A program made the position numbers and the translations under genes. From Planctomycetota bacterium (GTDB lineage Bacteria > Planctomycetota > Phycisphaerae > UBA1845), in contig JADFMZ010000001.1 of the NCBI GenBank assembly GCA_022563615.1, positions 1-33,233 of the forward strand: DNA of 33,233 nucleotides, read 5' to 3'. Below, one piece after another: positions 8,376-17,261 of this stretch. The first letter of the stretch is position 1; each line of letters opens with the position of its first letter. The notes below the pieces were generated by a model. It worked only from the letters and a program-made list of their open reading frames with translations, did not search any database and was not told the origin of the DNA.

Positions 8376-9944
8376 ATGCGTCAGCGAAGCAGGTTGGTTG
8401 CCAACTCGCTAGTCAACGTGCTGGCCCGCCTGGTTACGGTGGCGACGCGGTTTCTCATCGTGCCGTTTGCCATTGGGGTTCTTGGCCGCAACCACTACGG
8501 CGTATGGGTCATTGTGGGGCAATTATTCGCCTATACGCGAATCCTGGACATGGGTCTGCGGTCGGCTGTATCCAGGCAGGTGTCGATCTCACTAGCGCGC
8601 GGCACAAACGGCGAACTGAACCGACAGGTCAACACGGCGGCCGGCTACTACCTCGGCGTCGGCGTCCTCATTGCGGTGCTGACCGTAATCGTCAGCCTGT
8701 TTTTCCCCCAATGGTTTGATGTTGATCTGGAATTGCACTCCTCTGCGCGGATCATGATCCTGTGCTCGGGATTCGCGCTGGCCTGTTCGATCCCCCTGAA
8801 CGCCTACGGCGCGGTGGTTGCGGGGCTCCAGCGGTATGACGTTCTGTCCGGCACACAAATCCTCGCCGACCTGCTTCAGCTTGCGCTGATCCTGTTGATC
8901 CTCCAGCGGGTCGATGTCGGAACGGGGTTGATCGTGCTGGCGCTGGCAGGCGGGGCGGCTTCCCTGTGCGGCGGAATCCTGCGCACCCTGGCTGCGCTTC
9001 GCCTCTGCCCACAGGTAACGTTTGCGCCCTGGCGAGTCGACCGATCTCTGCTCGGCGGGCTGATTTCGTTCGGCGTCAATAGCGTCGTGTACATGATGTC
9101 GGCCACGGTTGGGATGCACCTGGCCCAAATCCTGGTCGGTGGCTTGATGAGCAAGGCTGAGGCGACCGATCTGAACGTAGTTGGACTCTTGCTCATAACC
9201 GGTCATTCCTTCATCGTCGCTTTCAGTATCAGCGCCCGGGTCGTCGCCAGTAAATACGATGCCCGAGGCGACGACATGATGCTCAGACGATTGCTGCTGC
9301 GCTCGACTCGTTATTGCGGGCTGGTGACGGTGGCCGGTGTGATTGTGCTCTGGCTGTTCTCCGGTGCGCTGCTGAGACTGTGGATCGGGGATCAATATCA
9401 GGATGCTCAAGGGGCGGCCTCCCTGGAACGAATGACGGCCGCTTGCCGAGTTCTGACCGTCGGCTACGGGTTGTTCTGGCTTCTACTGCCGGCGTACAAT
9501 GTACTCAACGGCATGGGGCGCCATGCGTTTCCCGCCTTGCTGGCTTTGATCGCGGGGTTGTCCTCCATGGCGCTTGTGGTGGTGCTCACCTCAACTCATG
9601 GTGCAACCATTGATCGAGTTGTGTGGGGGTTGGTTCTGCCGATGATTCCCGTGTGGGGCCTGATCATGCCGTGGTATTGCTGCCGGGTCACGGGTCAGCC
9701 GATCGGCCCCTTTGTGTGGCACACCCTTGGAGTGCCGGTGCTGGCCTGCCTTCCGGTTGGTGTGGTTGCGTTTCTGTGGAACCATTATTCACCGGCGTCG
9801 ACGTGGTTGGCCTTGATAGGCCAACTGGCGGGCTGTGGATTGATTCTTCTGCCGATCGTGTGGTTTGCGGTGCTGATGCCGAACGATCGGTTGGGTATGA
9901 TCGAATGGACCCGAAACTTGTTTCGCCGACCCATGGGAACGTAG
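8376..9944 (+). CDS. Polysaccharide/oligosaccharide flippase (Wzx-like, MOP superfamily)
   Basis: Polytopic membrane protein with about a dozen or more hydrophobic segments. The N-terminus is typical of polysaccharide biosynthesis flippases (SLVNVLARLVTVATRFLIVPFAIGVLGRNHYGVWVIV). I prefer ATG 8376. Confidence 0.85.
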   Translation: MRQRSRLVANSLVNVLARLVTVATRFLIVPFAIGVLGRNHYGVWVIVGQLFAYTRILDMGLRSAVSRQVSISLARGTNGELNRQVNTAAGYYLGVGVLIAVLTVIVSLFFPQWFDVDLELHSSARIMILCSGFALACSIPLNAYGAVVAGLQRYDVLSGTQILADLLQLALILLILQRVDVGTGLIVLALAGGAASLCGGILRTLAALRLCPQVTFAPWRVDRSLLGGLISFGVNSVVYMMSATVGMHLAQILVGGLMSKAEATDLNVVGLLLITGHSFIVAFSISARVVASKYDARGDDMMLRRLLLRSTRYCGLVTVAGVIVLWLFSGALLRLWIGDQYQDAQGAASLERMTAACRVLTVGYGLFWLLLPAYNVLNGMGRHAFPALLALIAGLSSMALVVVLTSTHGATIDRVVWGLVLPMIPVWGLIMPWYCCRVTGQPIGPFVWHTLGVPVLACLPVGVVAFLWNHYSPASTWLALIGQLAGCGLILLPIVWFAVLMPNDRLGMIEWTRNLFRRPMGT

Positions 9945-10044
9945 AGCCTATCCCATTAACCCTTGTGGCACCGGTTTTCAACCGGTGATCAACCGGTGAA
10001 ACGCACGGGTTACAAACCCGTGCCACACTTTTTGGGATAGGTTC
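9944..10044 (-). repeat. Intergenic modular palindromic repeat, copy B (full length, MITE-like)
   Basis: About 100 nt starting at the flippase stop codon. It has terminal inverted repeats cctatccca / tgggatagg and two internal hairpin modules (caccggtt-ttc-aaccggtg and gcacgggtt-aca-aacccgtgc). Its reverse complement aligns with copies A and C. Confidence 0.75.
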
Positions 10045-10152
10045 TTGACGGGAGCCGGGCACTGCGGCTGATCCTGGCGTGAAATCCGCCGGTGGAAGGC
10101 GCGAGTCCGTTCGTCTTGTTCCTGACCAATAGATGATTGCGGAGAATGCAAA

Positions 10153-11070
10153 GTGGCAAGGCCGGCGGTCATCCGAAAAGGATCCATCCCCAAGGCGCCC
10201 TTCTGGACACGTTTGCGCCGACGGTCTCAGCGCGCCTGGTCCGAGTTCCGACTCCAGCGGGTCAAGGCACGCTACCGTCGTGGCATCGGCGCGGTCCAAG
10301 AGAAAACCGTCGCCTTTGTCCTGGGTTGTCAGCGGTCGGGTACGAATATGGTGCTTAGGACTCTTGGCTTATCGTTGGACGTGGACCCGGTGGAAGAAAG
10401 CGACCAGCGATGCTTTCGAGACGGTCGAATCATGGACCGGCAAACTCGCAACGCGCTCATCGCACAGAGCACAGCCAGGTGCGTCATCTTCAAGCCTATT
10501 TGCGACTCGCACCGGGCGGTGGAGCTGTTCGCAGAGCACGCCGGCAGCAAGGCGGTTTGGGTCTATCGGCGCTATTCGGACGTTGCCAATTCCGCCGTTC
10601 GATACTGGGCAGACCAGATGCAAACGTTCATAGAAGACTTACTTCAGGGTGGGGGCGACTGGGGAGTCGCACAGTGGAATCGTGAAAGGGTGACGGATGC
10701 GTGCATCGCAAGGATGAAAGAGGCCGCCGGCGACGGTCTGGACCCACACGGCGGTGCAGCCCTGTTCTGGTACATGCGAAACCGTACGTTCTTCGACCAG
10801 GAGCTGAAGCACTGTCCATCCATGGCGTTATTACGCTATGAGCACGCCGTTACGGAATCAGCGCGGGAGTTCGAGCGGTTGTGCCGATTTCTCGATGTTC
10901 GTTTTGAGCCAGCCATGGTGGACAGGGTGTTCCCCACGTCTCTTGGCAAGCATCCCCGCCCGCCCATCAGTCGGCCCGTGGAGCGGCTTTGCGATGAGAT
11001 GATGGAGCAATTGGACACCGCCCGCGCCTCCATGGCAAACTCGCCGGCGGTAGCGCCGAAGGAAGGGTAA
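10153..11070 (+). CDS. Sulfotransferase family protein
   Basis: PAPS 5-prime-phosphosulfate-binding loop FVLGCQRSGTNMV and a 3-prime-phosphate-binding-like motif VYRRYSDVANSAV. The size is typical of bacterial sulfotransferases. The GTG start at 10153 is uncertain. Confidence 0.75.
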   Translation: MARPAVIRKGSIPKAPFWTRLRRRSQRAWSEFRLQRVKARYRRGIGAVQEKTVAFVLGCQRSGTNMVLRTLGLSLDVDPVEESDQRCFRDGRIMDRQTRNALIAQSTARCVIFKPICDSHRAVELFAEHAGSKAVWVYRRYSDVANSAVRYWADQMQTFIEDLLQGGGDWGVAQWNRERVTDACIARMKEAAGDGLDPHGGAALFWYMRNRTFFDQELKHCPSMALLRYEHAVTESAREFERLCRFLDVRFEPAMVDRVFPTSLGKHPRPPISRPVERLCDEMMEQLDTARASMANSPAVAPKEG

Positions 11071-11072
11071 CG

Positions 11073-12092
11073 ATGATTCGACGGATGGTCGGCCTGGCAA
11101 TGATCGCATGGATGTCATGGACTGTCATCGGCGCAGCAGCCTGCGCGGGTGGAGAAGCTTTGGCCGAGCAGCCCCTCGTGGAGCCCCGGTCGGCGGCTGG
11201 CGGATCAGGCTCGACGCCGGCCATGCGCCATGGCGATCCCTCGATCTTTCAAGCCAAGGACGACCTTCGCATTCTGTACATGCTGTTGAGGCTTCGCAAG
11301 GACACGATTCAGGACGATATGAGAATCGTAAACGCCTTGCGCCAGGCCGACTGGTTTACCCACGTCTTTCTCGTCGTCCTGTCGTGGCAGGAGCGCCCGG
11401 ATGCCCCACGAAACCCTATCGTAAAGCATGCGTTGACCATTTGCCGCGAACGGGGAATCAAGGTGATCTGGGGGCGCTGGCTCTGGGTGGCGTGGCCGTC
11501 GGACAAACTCGAAGCGCCGATGCCGGTCGCCGACAGCCATTTCGATTCCGCTTACTACGCGACGGCGATCGCCACGCTGAAAGCAGAAGCCCGTAGCCTG
11601 GGCGCAGTCGGCACGTTCCTGGATGCGGAGCCTTATGGGCACTGCGCGCAAAAGCCGACGCTCAAGTTCAAGAAGCTCGATGACGACGATCGGCGGCGCA
11701 TTCAATCGGCGGTGGCCAGGGCTGTTGCCAATGTCGGTCCGGTGGATTTTATCTATCCAACCAGCTCCGCGCGCGCGTCCCACTACGCCTGGCCCCTGGC
11801 GGGGCTTGGGCGCCTGCGATGCGACTCCAAAACCTATTACTCGACACAACCCGACCAGGTTCCGAAGATTAGATCACCAGAAGGATACGAGCACCGCATG
11901 AATTTGTGGGGCTGCAATGTCGGGCTGGGACGACCACAGGATCATATGAAAGGACAGCGAAAGTTGACGATCAAGGACGTCAAGTCTTTGGACCTGTCTC
12001 TAATCCGCAAGCGTTTCCCTCACTGTAAGGGTGTATGGGTCTACGCCGACACCTCGATCCTGGCTAAGGTGGTGGAAGCCTTCAAGAATTGA
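11073..12092 (+). CDS. Hypothetical secreted protein, probably glycan-related by context
   Basis: The ATG lies 2 nt after the sulfotransferase stop. The N-terminus is signal-like (MVGLAMIAWMSWTVIGAAACAG). I recognise no family. Confidence 0.65.
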   Translation: MIRRMVGLAMIAWMSWTVIGAAACAGGEALAEQPLVEPRSAAGGSGSTPAMRHGDPSIFQAKDDLRILYMLLRLRKDTIQDDMRIVNALRQADWFTHVFLVVLSWQERPDAPRNPIVKHALTICRERGIKVIWGRWLWVAWPSDKLEAPMPVADSHFDSAYYATAIATLKAEARSLGAVGTFLDAEPYGHCAQKPTLKFKKLDDDDRRRIQSAVARAVANVGPVDFIYPTSSARASHYAWPLAGLGRLRCDSKTYYSTQPDQVPKIRSPEGYEHRMNLWGCNVGLGRPQDHMKGQRKLTIKDVKSLDLSLIRKRFPHCKGVWVYADTSILAKVVEAFKN

Positions 12093-12153
12093 CACGACCC
12101 ACCGCAGGCGCGGATCGGCGCGCGGGCCATTCGCTGTCAGAGCAAACCGGGAA

Positions 12154-13416
12154 TTGAGATTGCAAACCGCCAAACCAACCATCTGTTTTCTTGTAGGAGG
12201 ATGGGAGGGTGGAGGCGCAGCCTTTTCCACACTCCAACTGATTCGGGGAATCGATCGCCGGAAGTATCAGGTCAAAGTCGTATCCTGTGGAGACGGCCCC
12301 TACACCGCTCGCCTGGCCGCCGATCAGTCGTGCGACGTTTTGAATACCGGATGGCCGCCGCAGATGCGCCGTCAGGTCGCCACCGATGTGGAGCCGGTTC
12401 CGCTGGGATACCTGAAACTCCTCAAATGGATTCCCAAGACCGTCTTGGCGCTGAACCGATACCTGCGCACCCATTGCATCGATGTGGTGCACACGAACTA
12501 CTACCATTATCACATGGTCGCCGGCCTCGCCTGTAGATGGACCGGTCGAAAATGCGTGTGGCATTGGCGATTGCCGTTGGAACAATCTCCCAAACTGGAT
12601 CATAACAGCGGCTATGACCGAAACTCGGAAGTACGGCCCGATCGACGCTGGGCGCTGCTATCGAAACTGCGCTGGCTTGTCCACAAGTCTACCGCAAGTT
12701 TCGTGTGGTCCATCGCCAATAGCCGCAGCACAGCCGACAGCATCCGATCGGTCGTGGGCGATCAGATCACCATCATCTATAACGGTATTCCTATCGAGCC
12801 GGCGCCGGATGACCGCCCTCGGCTGCGCCCGATCCTCGGCCTGGGCGACGACACCAGGATTGTCGGGCTGGTCGGTTCGATGCAGCCGCGCAAGGGGCAT
12901 CTCTACTTTCTGGAAGCAGCCGCTCGAATCTGCCCGCGCAACCCTGATGTGCACTTCGTGTATATCGGTGGACAAACGGCGGCTGGGGAGCAGCCCTACA
13001 ACGATTTTCTACTGGCTAAACGGTCGGAGCTGGGACTCAACGATCGTGTTCATTTCATGGGGTCACGGCCCGACGCCGCTTTGCTGACAGCCGACTTCGA
13101 TATTGCCACCGTTTGCAGCCTGCCGCCCGGCGAGGGTTTCGGCCTGGTCATCGTGGAAGCCATGGCCCATTCCGTTCCGGTCATTTCCAGCAATGTGGGC
13201 GCCGCAACAGAAATCCTGATCGAGGGTAAGACCGGTCGCTTGATTCCACCAGCAGATTCGGAGGCCCTGGCCCAGGCTATTGAAGACCTTTTAGGCGACG
13301 AACAACAACGGCGAGCTCTTGGAACAGCGGGATATTTGGAATGCAAGGAGAAGTTTGACATCCGGCGAACGGTGACGCAGGTCGAGGATCTATACCAACA
13401 GGTACTGGCGATGTAA
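12154..13416 (+). CDS. Glycosyltransferase family 4 (GT-B, Glycos_transf_1)
   Basis: C-terminal GT4 signature (GSMQPRKGHLYFLEAA, GEGFGLVIVEAMAHSVPVISSNVGAATEILIEGKTGRLIP). The ORF track starts at 12031, inside the previous gene. TTG 12154 or 12160, just before ICFLVGGWEGGG, is more plausible. Confidence 0.88.
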   Translation: MRLQTAKPTICFLVGGWEGGGAAFSTLQLIRGIDRRKYQVKVVSCGDGPYTARLAADQSCDVLNTGWPPQMRRQVATDVEPVPLGYLKLLKWIPKTVLALNRYLRTHCIDVVHTNYYHYHMVAGLACRWTGRKCVWHWRLPLEQSPKLDHNSGYDRNSEVRPDRRWALLSKLRWLVHKSTASFVWSIANSRSTADSIRSVVGDQITIIYNGIPIEPAPDDRPRLRPILGLGDDTRIVGLVGSMQPRKGHLYFLEAAARICPRNPDVHFVYIGGQTAAGEQPYNDFLLAKRSELGLNDRVHFMGSRPDAALLTADFDIATVCSLPPGEGFGLVIVEAMAHSVPVISSNVGAATEILIEGKTGRLIPPADSEALAQAIEDLLGDEQQRRALGTAGYLECKEKFDIRRTVTQVEDLYQQVLAM

Positions 13417-13634
13417 TCCCGCTCCGAAAAACCATCCGAGCCTCGTCCATCAAGTCATTGACCCAACCTTTCCTCCTACGCCTACACGGCTTTCCATGGG
13501 CGTGCGTTTCGCGCATCTCACGCCCGGAACGGGTATTATGGCCCAGTACGGGTATCATCATCTGGAACGGGCAGGATGCATAAGCGCCGGGAATGGAACT
13601 CGACGCCGGCTGGAATCTTTAAACAAGCACGATC

Positions 13635-14846
13635 ATGTGGGAACCCCATTGCAAGCCTCGCCTGCGCCCGCTGGAGCCTTTTCGCGTGCCCGACGATGGA
13701 AACGGCGCGCAAGTCGGCCTGCGCGATCCAAGCCGGCTCTCGAATGTCGTGTTGACGCTTTCCCAGGCGGCCCTGCACCTCCTGTCCATGATGGATGGCG
13801 AGCGCACCTGTGAGGATATCCGGCGCACCTTTCTGGCGACGTTCGGGCAAACGCTGGCTGAGGAAACTCTCCAATCCATGCTGGAGCATCTGGAGCAGGC
13901 GCACTTTCTCGAAGGCCCGACCTTCGAGTCCTACTATCAATCACTGACCGATCCCTTTCGCCGGGGCGGCGTTCGTAAGATGCCCCACGCGGCGCAGCTC
14001 GGCATCTCCGAAGATTCGAGCGGGTACTTCGACGACATGCTGAAAGATTCTCGGCGGCAGTCGCCGGGTGGGCAGGTTAAGGGTGTGATCGCTCCGCATT
14101 TGGACTATCCGCGCGGCCGGCCCTGCTATGCAGAGGCCTATGGCGCATTACGAACCCGCGACGCGCCGGATCGGGTGGTGATCCTAGGCACCAATCATTT
14201 CGGTCGAGCAAGCTCGGTCGTAGCCACCGGTTGCAGCTTTGAAACGCCGCTGGGCATCACCAGAACGGACCAGGACTTCCTCGAAAGCGTCGAGAAGAGC
14301 TGCGGTGATCTTCGGCGATATGAGTTGGATCATCTTCACGAACACTCCATCGAGCTGCAGGTCGCCTGGCTTCAACACCTGTTCGGGTCCGAACGGTTCG
14401 AGATGGTCGCGTTTCTCTGCCCGGACCCCTGCGGCCCGACGGGAACGGCGCCCAGCGAAGACGGCGGCGTCGATTTGCGAGATTTCGCCCGCACCCTTGG
14501 AACCCTCATCCGGTCGGATGAGCGGGACACGCTGTTGATCGCCGGTGCGGACCTGAGTCATGTCGGCGCGGCGTTCGGTGATGATCGGCCGCTGGATACC
14601 GGCTACTTGGGCGCGGTGCGAATCCGGGACGAGGAGGCTCTGGCCCGAATCGCCGAGAACGACCCCGACGCCTTTCTTCAGGGCCTAACCGAGCATGACA
14701 ACGACACGCGAATCTGCAGCGCAGGGTGCATTCTTGTCCTCAGGATCGCGCTGCCCGAAGCCGACGCGACCATCCTGCGGTATCATCAAGCCGTGGATGA
14801 ATCGTCGCAGACGTGTGTCACCTGCGCCGCCGTCGCGTTCACGTAA
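13635..14846 (+). CDS. Memo-like protein (AmmeMemoRadiSam system protein B family) with PqqD-like N-terminal extension
   Basis: Memo-family blocks are present (VIAPHLDYPRG, VVILGTNHFG, HEHSIELQVAWLQ, LIAGADLSHVG). The N-terminal 120 or so residues (VVLTLSQAALHLLSMMDGERTCEDIRRTFLATFGQTLAEETLQSMLEHLEQAHFLE) follow the PqqD/RRE winged-helix pattern. Confidence 0.85.
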   Translation: MWEPHCKPRLRPLEPFRVPDDGNGAQVGLRDPSRLSNVVLTLSQAALHLLSMMDGERTCEDIRRTFLATFGQTLAEETLQSMLEHLEQAHFLEGPTFESYYQSLTDPFRRGGVRKMPHAAQLGISEDSSGYFDDMLKDSRRQSPGGQVKGVIAPHLDYPRGRPCYAEAYGALRTRDAPDRVVILGTNHFGRASSVVATGCSFETPLGITRTDQDFLESVEKSCGDLRRYELDHLHEHSIELQVAWLQHLFGSERFEMVAFLCPDPCGPTGTAPSEDGGVDLRDFARTLGTLIRSDERDTLLIAGADLSHVGAAFGDDRPLDTGYLGAVRIRDEEALARIAENDPDAFLQGLTEHDNDTRICSAGCILVLRIALPEADATILRYHQAVDESSQTCVTCAAVAFT

Positions 14847-14855
14847 GTCCCGTAG

Positions 14856-14872
14856 GGTCCGCCGTGCGGACC
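14856..14872 (+). terminator. Hairpin downstream of the Memo-like gene (weak terminator candidate)
   Basis: ggtccgc-cgt-gcggacc forms a 7-bp stem 10 nt after the TAA stop. It is followed by atgttagttagtt, which is T-containing but not a clean U-tract. Confidence 0.3.
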
Positions 14873-14990
14873 ATGTTAGTTAGTTGGACCGTCTAGCAAG
14901 ACGTGTTTCGAATCGCCCACGACACTCTGAAGTTCGCGTAGGCTGAAGCCTGCGGATCAGGCGTAGCCACGCGGACCATCTTGCTTCGGC

Positions 14991-16052
14991 ATGAGCGAAC
15001 AAGGTCTATACCGAAGGATTATAGCCGGCCAAACCGGCGCTTGGTCGGCTCCGGTCCGGGCGCTGCTGCGCGCGGGGGAGTTGATCTACCGCACCGGCGT
15101 CGAGCGGCGCAATCGCCGCTATGATCGGCACGGTCCGCGATCCGTCCTGCCCGTTCCCGTCATCAGCGTGGGCAATCTTACCGTCGGGGGCACGGGAAAA
15201 ACTCCGTTGGTCATCGATCTGGTCCAACGCCTGGAACAAATGGGATTCAGCCCGGCCGTCGTGTCACGGGGTTACAAGTCGCCGGTGGACGAACCCAACG
15301 ACGAGGAGCGGCTCATACGCAAACGCTGCCCGAGTGTGGTCTACGCGGCGGATGCAGACCGTACCCGTGCGGCTGAGTGGGCCTGCGACACGCAGGGCGC
15401 GGACGTGATCGTTCTGGACGACGCCTTTCAGCACCGCCGCCTCGGGCGGACGCTGGACATCGTGCTGGTCGATGCCACCTGTCCGTTCGGATACAACCAT
15501 CTTTTGCCGCGAGGATTGTTGCGCGAGCCGCCATCTGGCTTGGCACGGGCGGGGCTGATCGTGTTGACCCGTTGCAGCCAGGTTTCCCCGGCTGAGCTAG
15601 ATCGCGTGGAGGCAAAGATCAGGAGACTTAACGGCGGCGCGCCGCTCATCCGGTGCGACCATCGCGTCACGGGCGTCGAACGATTGGACGGCAGGCCGGC
15701 GGACCAGGAGTTGGCGGGCAAGCGGGCGATCCTGCTGGCCGGCATCGCTCGCCCGTCCGCGTTTGAGGCCACGGTTTCCGCGATGGGCGTTCGCGTGGTC
15801 GGGCATCGGTGGTGGCCCGATCATCATCGCTATCGGTCGCGCGACGTTGATCGGCTGATGAAAACGGCGCGCTTCGCCCCGCACGACGTTTTGATCACGA
15901 CGGAGAAAGATGCCGTCAAGCTCGCGGACCTCGGCACGTTCGATCACGTGCCACTCTACGTCGTCAAGATCTCAATCGATTTTCTTCAGGACGGCTCTAC
16001 AATGATCCAGCATGTGCTGGACACGAAACTGCGGCCCAACGTGGCGAGCTGA
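14991..16052 (+). CDS. lpxK: Tetraacyldisaccharide 4-prime-kinase LpxK
   Basis: Diagnostic P-loop context VISVGNLTVGGTGKTPLVIDL followed by AVVSRGYK. Length is typical for LpxK. Confidence 0.92.
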   Translation: MSEQGLYRRIIAGQTGAWSAPVRALLRAGELIYRTGVERRNRRYDRHGPRSVLPVPVISVGNLTVGGTGKTPLVIDLVQRLEQMGFSPAVVSRGYKSPVDEPNDEERLIRKRCPSVVYAADADRTRAAEWACDTQGADVIVLDDAFQHRRLGRTLDIVLVDATCPFGYNHLLPRGLLREPPSGLARAGLIVLTRCSQVSPAELDRVEAKIRRLNGGAPLIRCDHRVTGVERLDGRPADQELAGKRAILLAGIARPSAFEATVSAMGVRVVGHRWWPDHHRYRSRDVDRLMKTARFAPHDVLITTEKDAVKLADLGTFDHVPLYVVKISIDFLQDGSTMIQHVLDTKLRPNVAS

Positions 16053-16070
16053 CCCTGGGGATTCAAACCG

Positions 16071-17261
16071 TTGGAATTGGATGTCCTGATTTTCGGCGGC
16101 GGCGGCGCCGGGCTGTGGCTTCTGGACGAACTCCATCGTCGCGGCTTCGGTGCGCTCTTGATGGAGCGCACCGCCCTGGGTACGGGCCAGACCATTGCCT
16201 GCCAGGGTATCCTGCATGGAGGCCTCAAGTACTCGTTGGCCGGCGCGCTGACCGATTCAGCCAAGGCGATTCGTAACCTGCCCGCGTTGTGGCGCCAATG
16301 CCTGCAAGGGGATCGCCCGCCCGACCTGACCCGAACCACCGTTCTCTCGCCGTGCTGCTATTTATGGCGCACGCAATCGGTAAAATCGAAGCTCGGAATC
16401 GTGGGCGCCCGCATCGGCCTGCAGTGCGGCGCCCACCGGGTCAGCGCCGAGAGCCGCCCGGCTGTCCTGGCGGCCTGTCCGGGCGATGTGTTCCGGGTGG
16501 ACGAACAGGTCATCGATGTAGCCTCCTTTCTACGGGATCTGGCCGACCAACATCGGGATCGTCTGCTCCAGATCAGCCCTGACCACGAGGTGACGTTTGA
16601 CCGGTCAAGCTGGGGCCGGATCGATCGGGTCCGGGTCACGGCGCCGGACCCATCCTCGGTATGGGAGCTTAGCCCTCGAACGATCGTGTTCACCGCCGGC
16701 GCCGGGAACGCCGAATTGCGGGAGCGGGCGGGTCTGTCGGCGGACGCCATGCAGCGCCGCCCGTTGCACATGGTTCTGGTTCGCGGAGAATTGCCCGACC
16801 TGTTCGGTCACTGCGTGGACGGCGCGAAAACACGGGTGACGATCACGTCGGCCCGGGACGGCGCCGGTCGCGTCGTCTGGCAGGTCGGCGGGCAGCTTTC
16901 CGAAACGGGCGTAGAGATGGAATCGTCAGCCTTGCTCGAATTCGCGAAACAGGAGTTGCGTGCCGTCTTGCCGGGTGTGAGCTTCGCCGATGCTGAGTGG
17001 TCCACCTACCGCATCGACCGGGCGGAAATGAAGACCGATCGGGGGCTTCGACCGGCGGGCGCCGTCCTGCAACAGGAGCGTTCCGTGATAACGGCCTGGC
17101 CTACAAAATTCGTACTGGTTCCGGAACTGGCGCGAATGATTGCCGATCTCCTGCCAGAACCAAGCATAGGCAGCGGGCAACCCCCGACCATTCCGGACGA
17201 TTGGCCTAGACCGGATGTTGCCTTACCTCCATGGGAGGCCCCAGGGCAATGGCGCGAATAG
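16071..17261 (+). CDS. FAD-dependent oxidoreductase (DAO/GlpD-like N-terminus)
   Basis: DVLIFGGGGAGLWLLDEL dinucleotide-binding motif followed by GTGQTIACQGILHGGLKY, which resembles the GlpD/DAO family. The start is TTG. Confidence 0.8.
   Translation: MELDVLIFGGGGAGLWLLDELHRRGFGALLMERTALGTGQTIACQGILHGGLKYSLAGALTDSAKAIRNLPALWRQCLQGDRPPDLTRTTVLSPCCYLWRTQSVKSKLGIVGARIGLQCGAHRVSAESRPAVLAACPGDVFRVDEQVIDVASFLRDLADQHRDRLLQISPDHEVTFDRSSWGRIDRVRVTAPDPSSVWELSPRTIVFTAGAGNAELRERAGLSADAMQRRPLHMVLVRGELPDLFGHCVDGAKTRVTITSARDGAGRVVWQVGGQLSETGVEMESSALLEFAKQELRAVLPGVSFADAEWSTYRIDRAEMKTDRGLRPAGAVLQQERSVITAWPTKFVLVPELARMIADLLPEPSIGSGQPPTIPDDWPRPDVALPPWEAPGQWRE

Noticed and set aside
13496-13813. ORF upstream of and overlapping the Memo-like gene, containing MAQYGYHHLERAGCISAGNG, considered as a possible RiPP precursor for the RRE-like domain.
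   Set aside because: It runs 180 nt into the Memo-like gene in another frame. It has no RBS or leader/core organisation that I can support.
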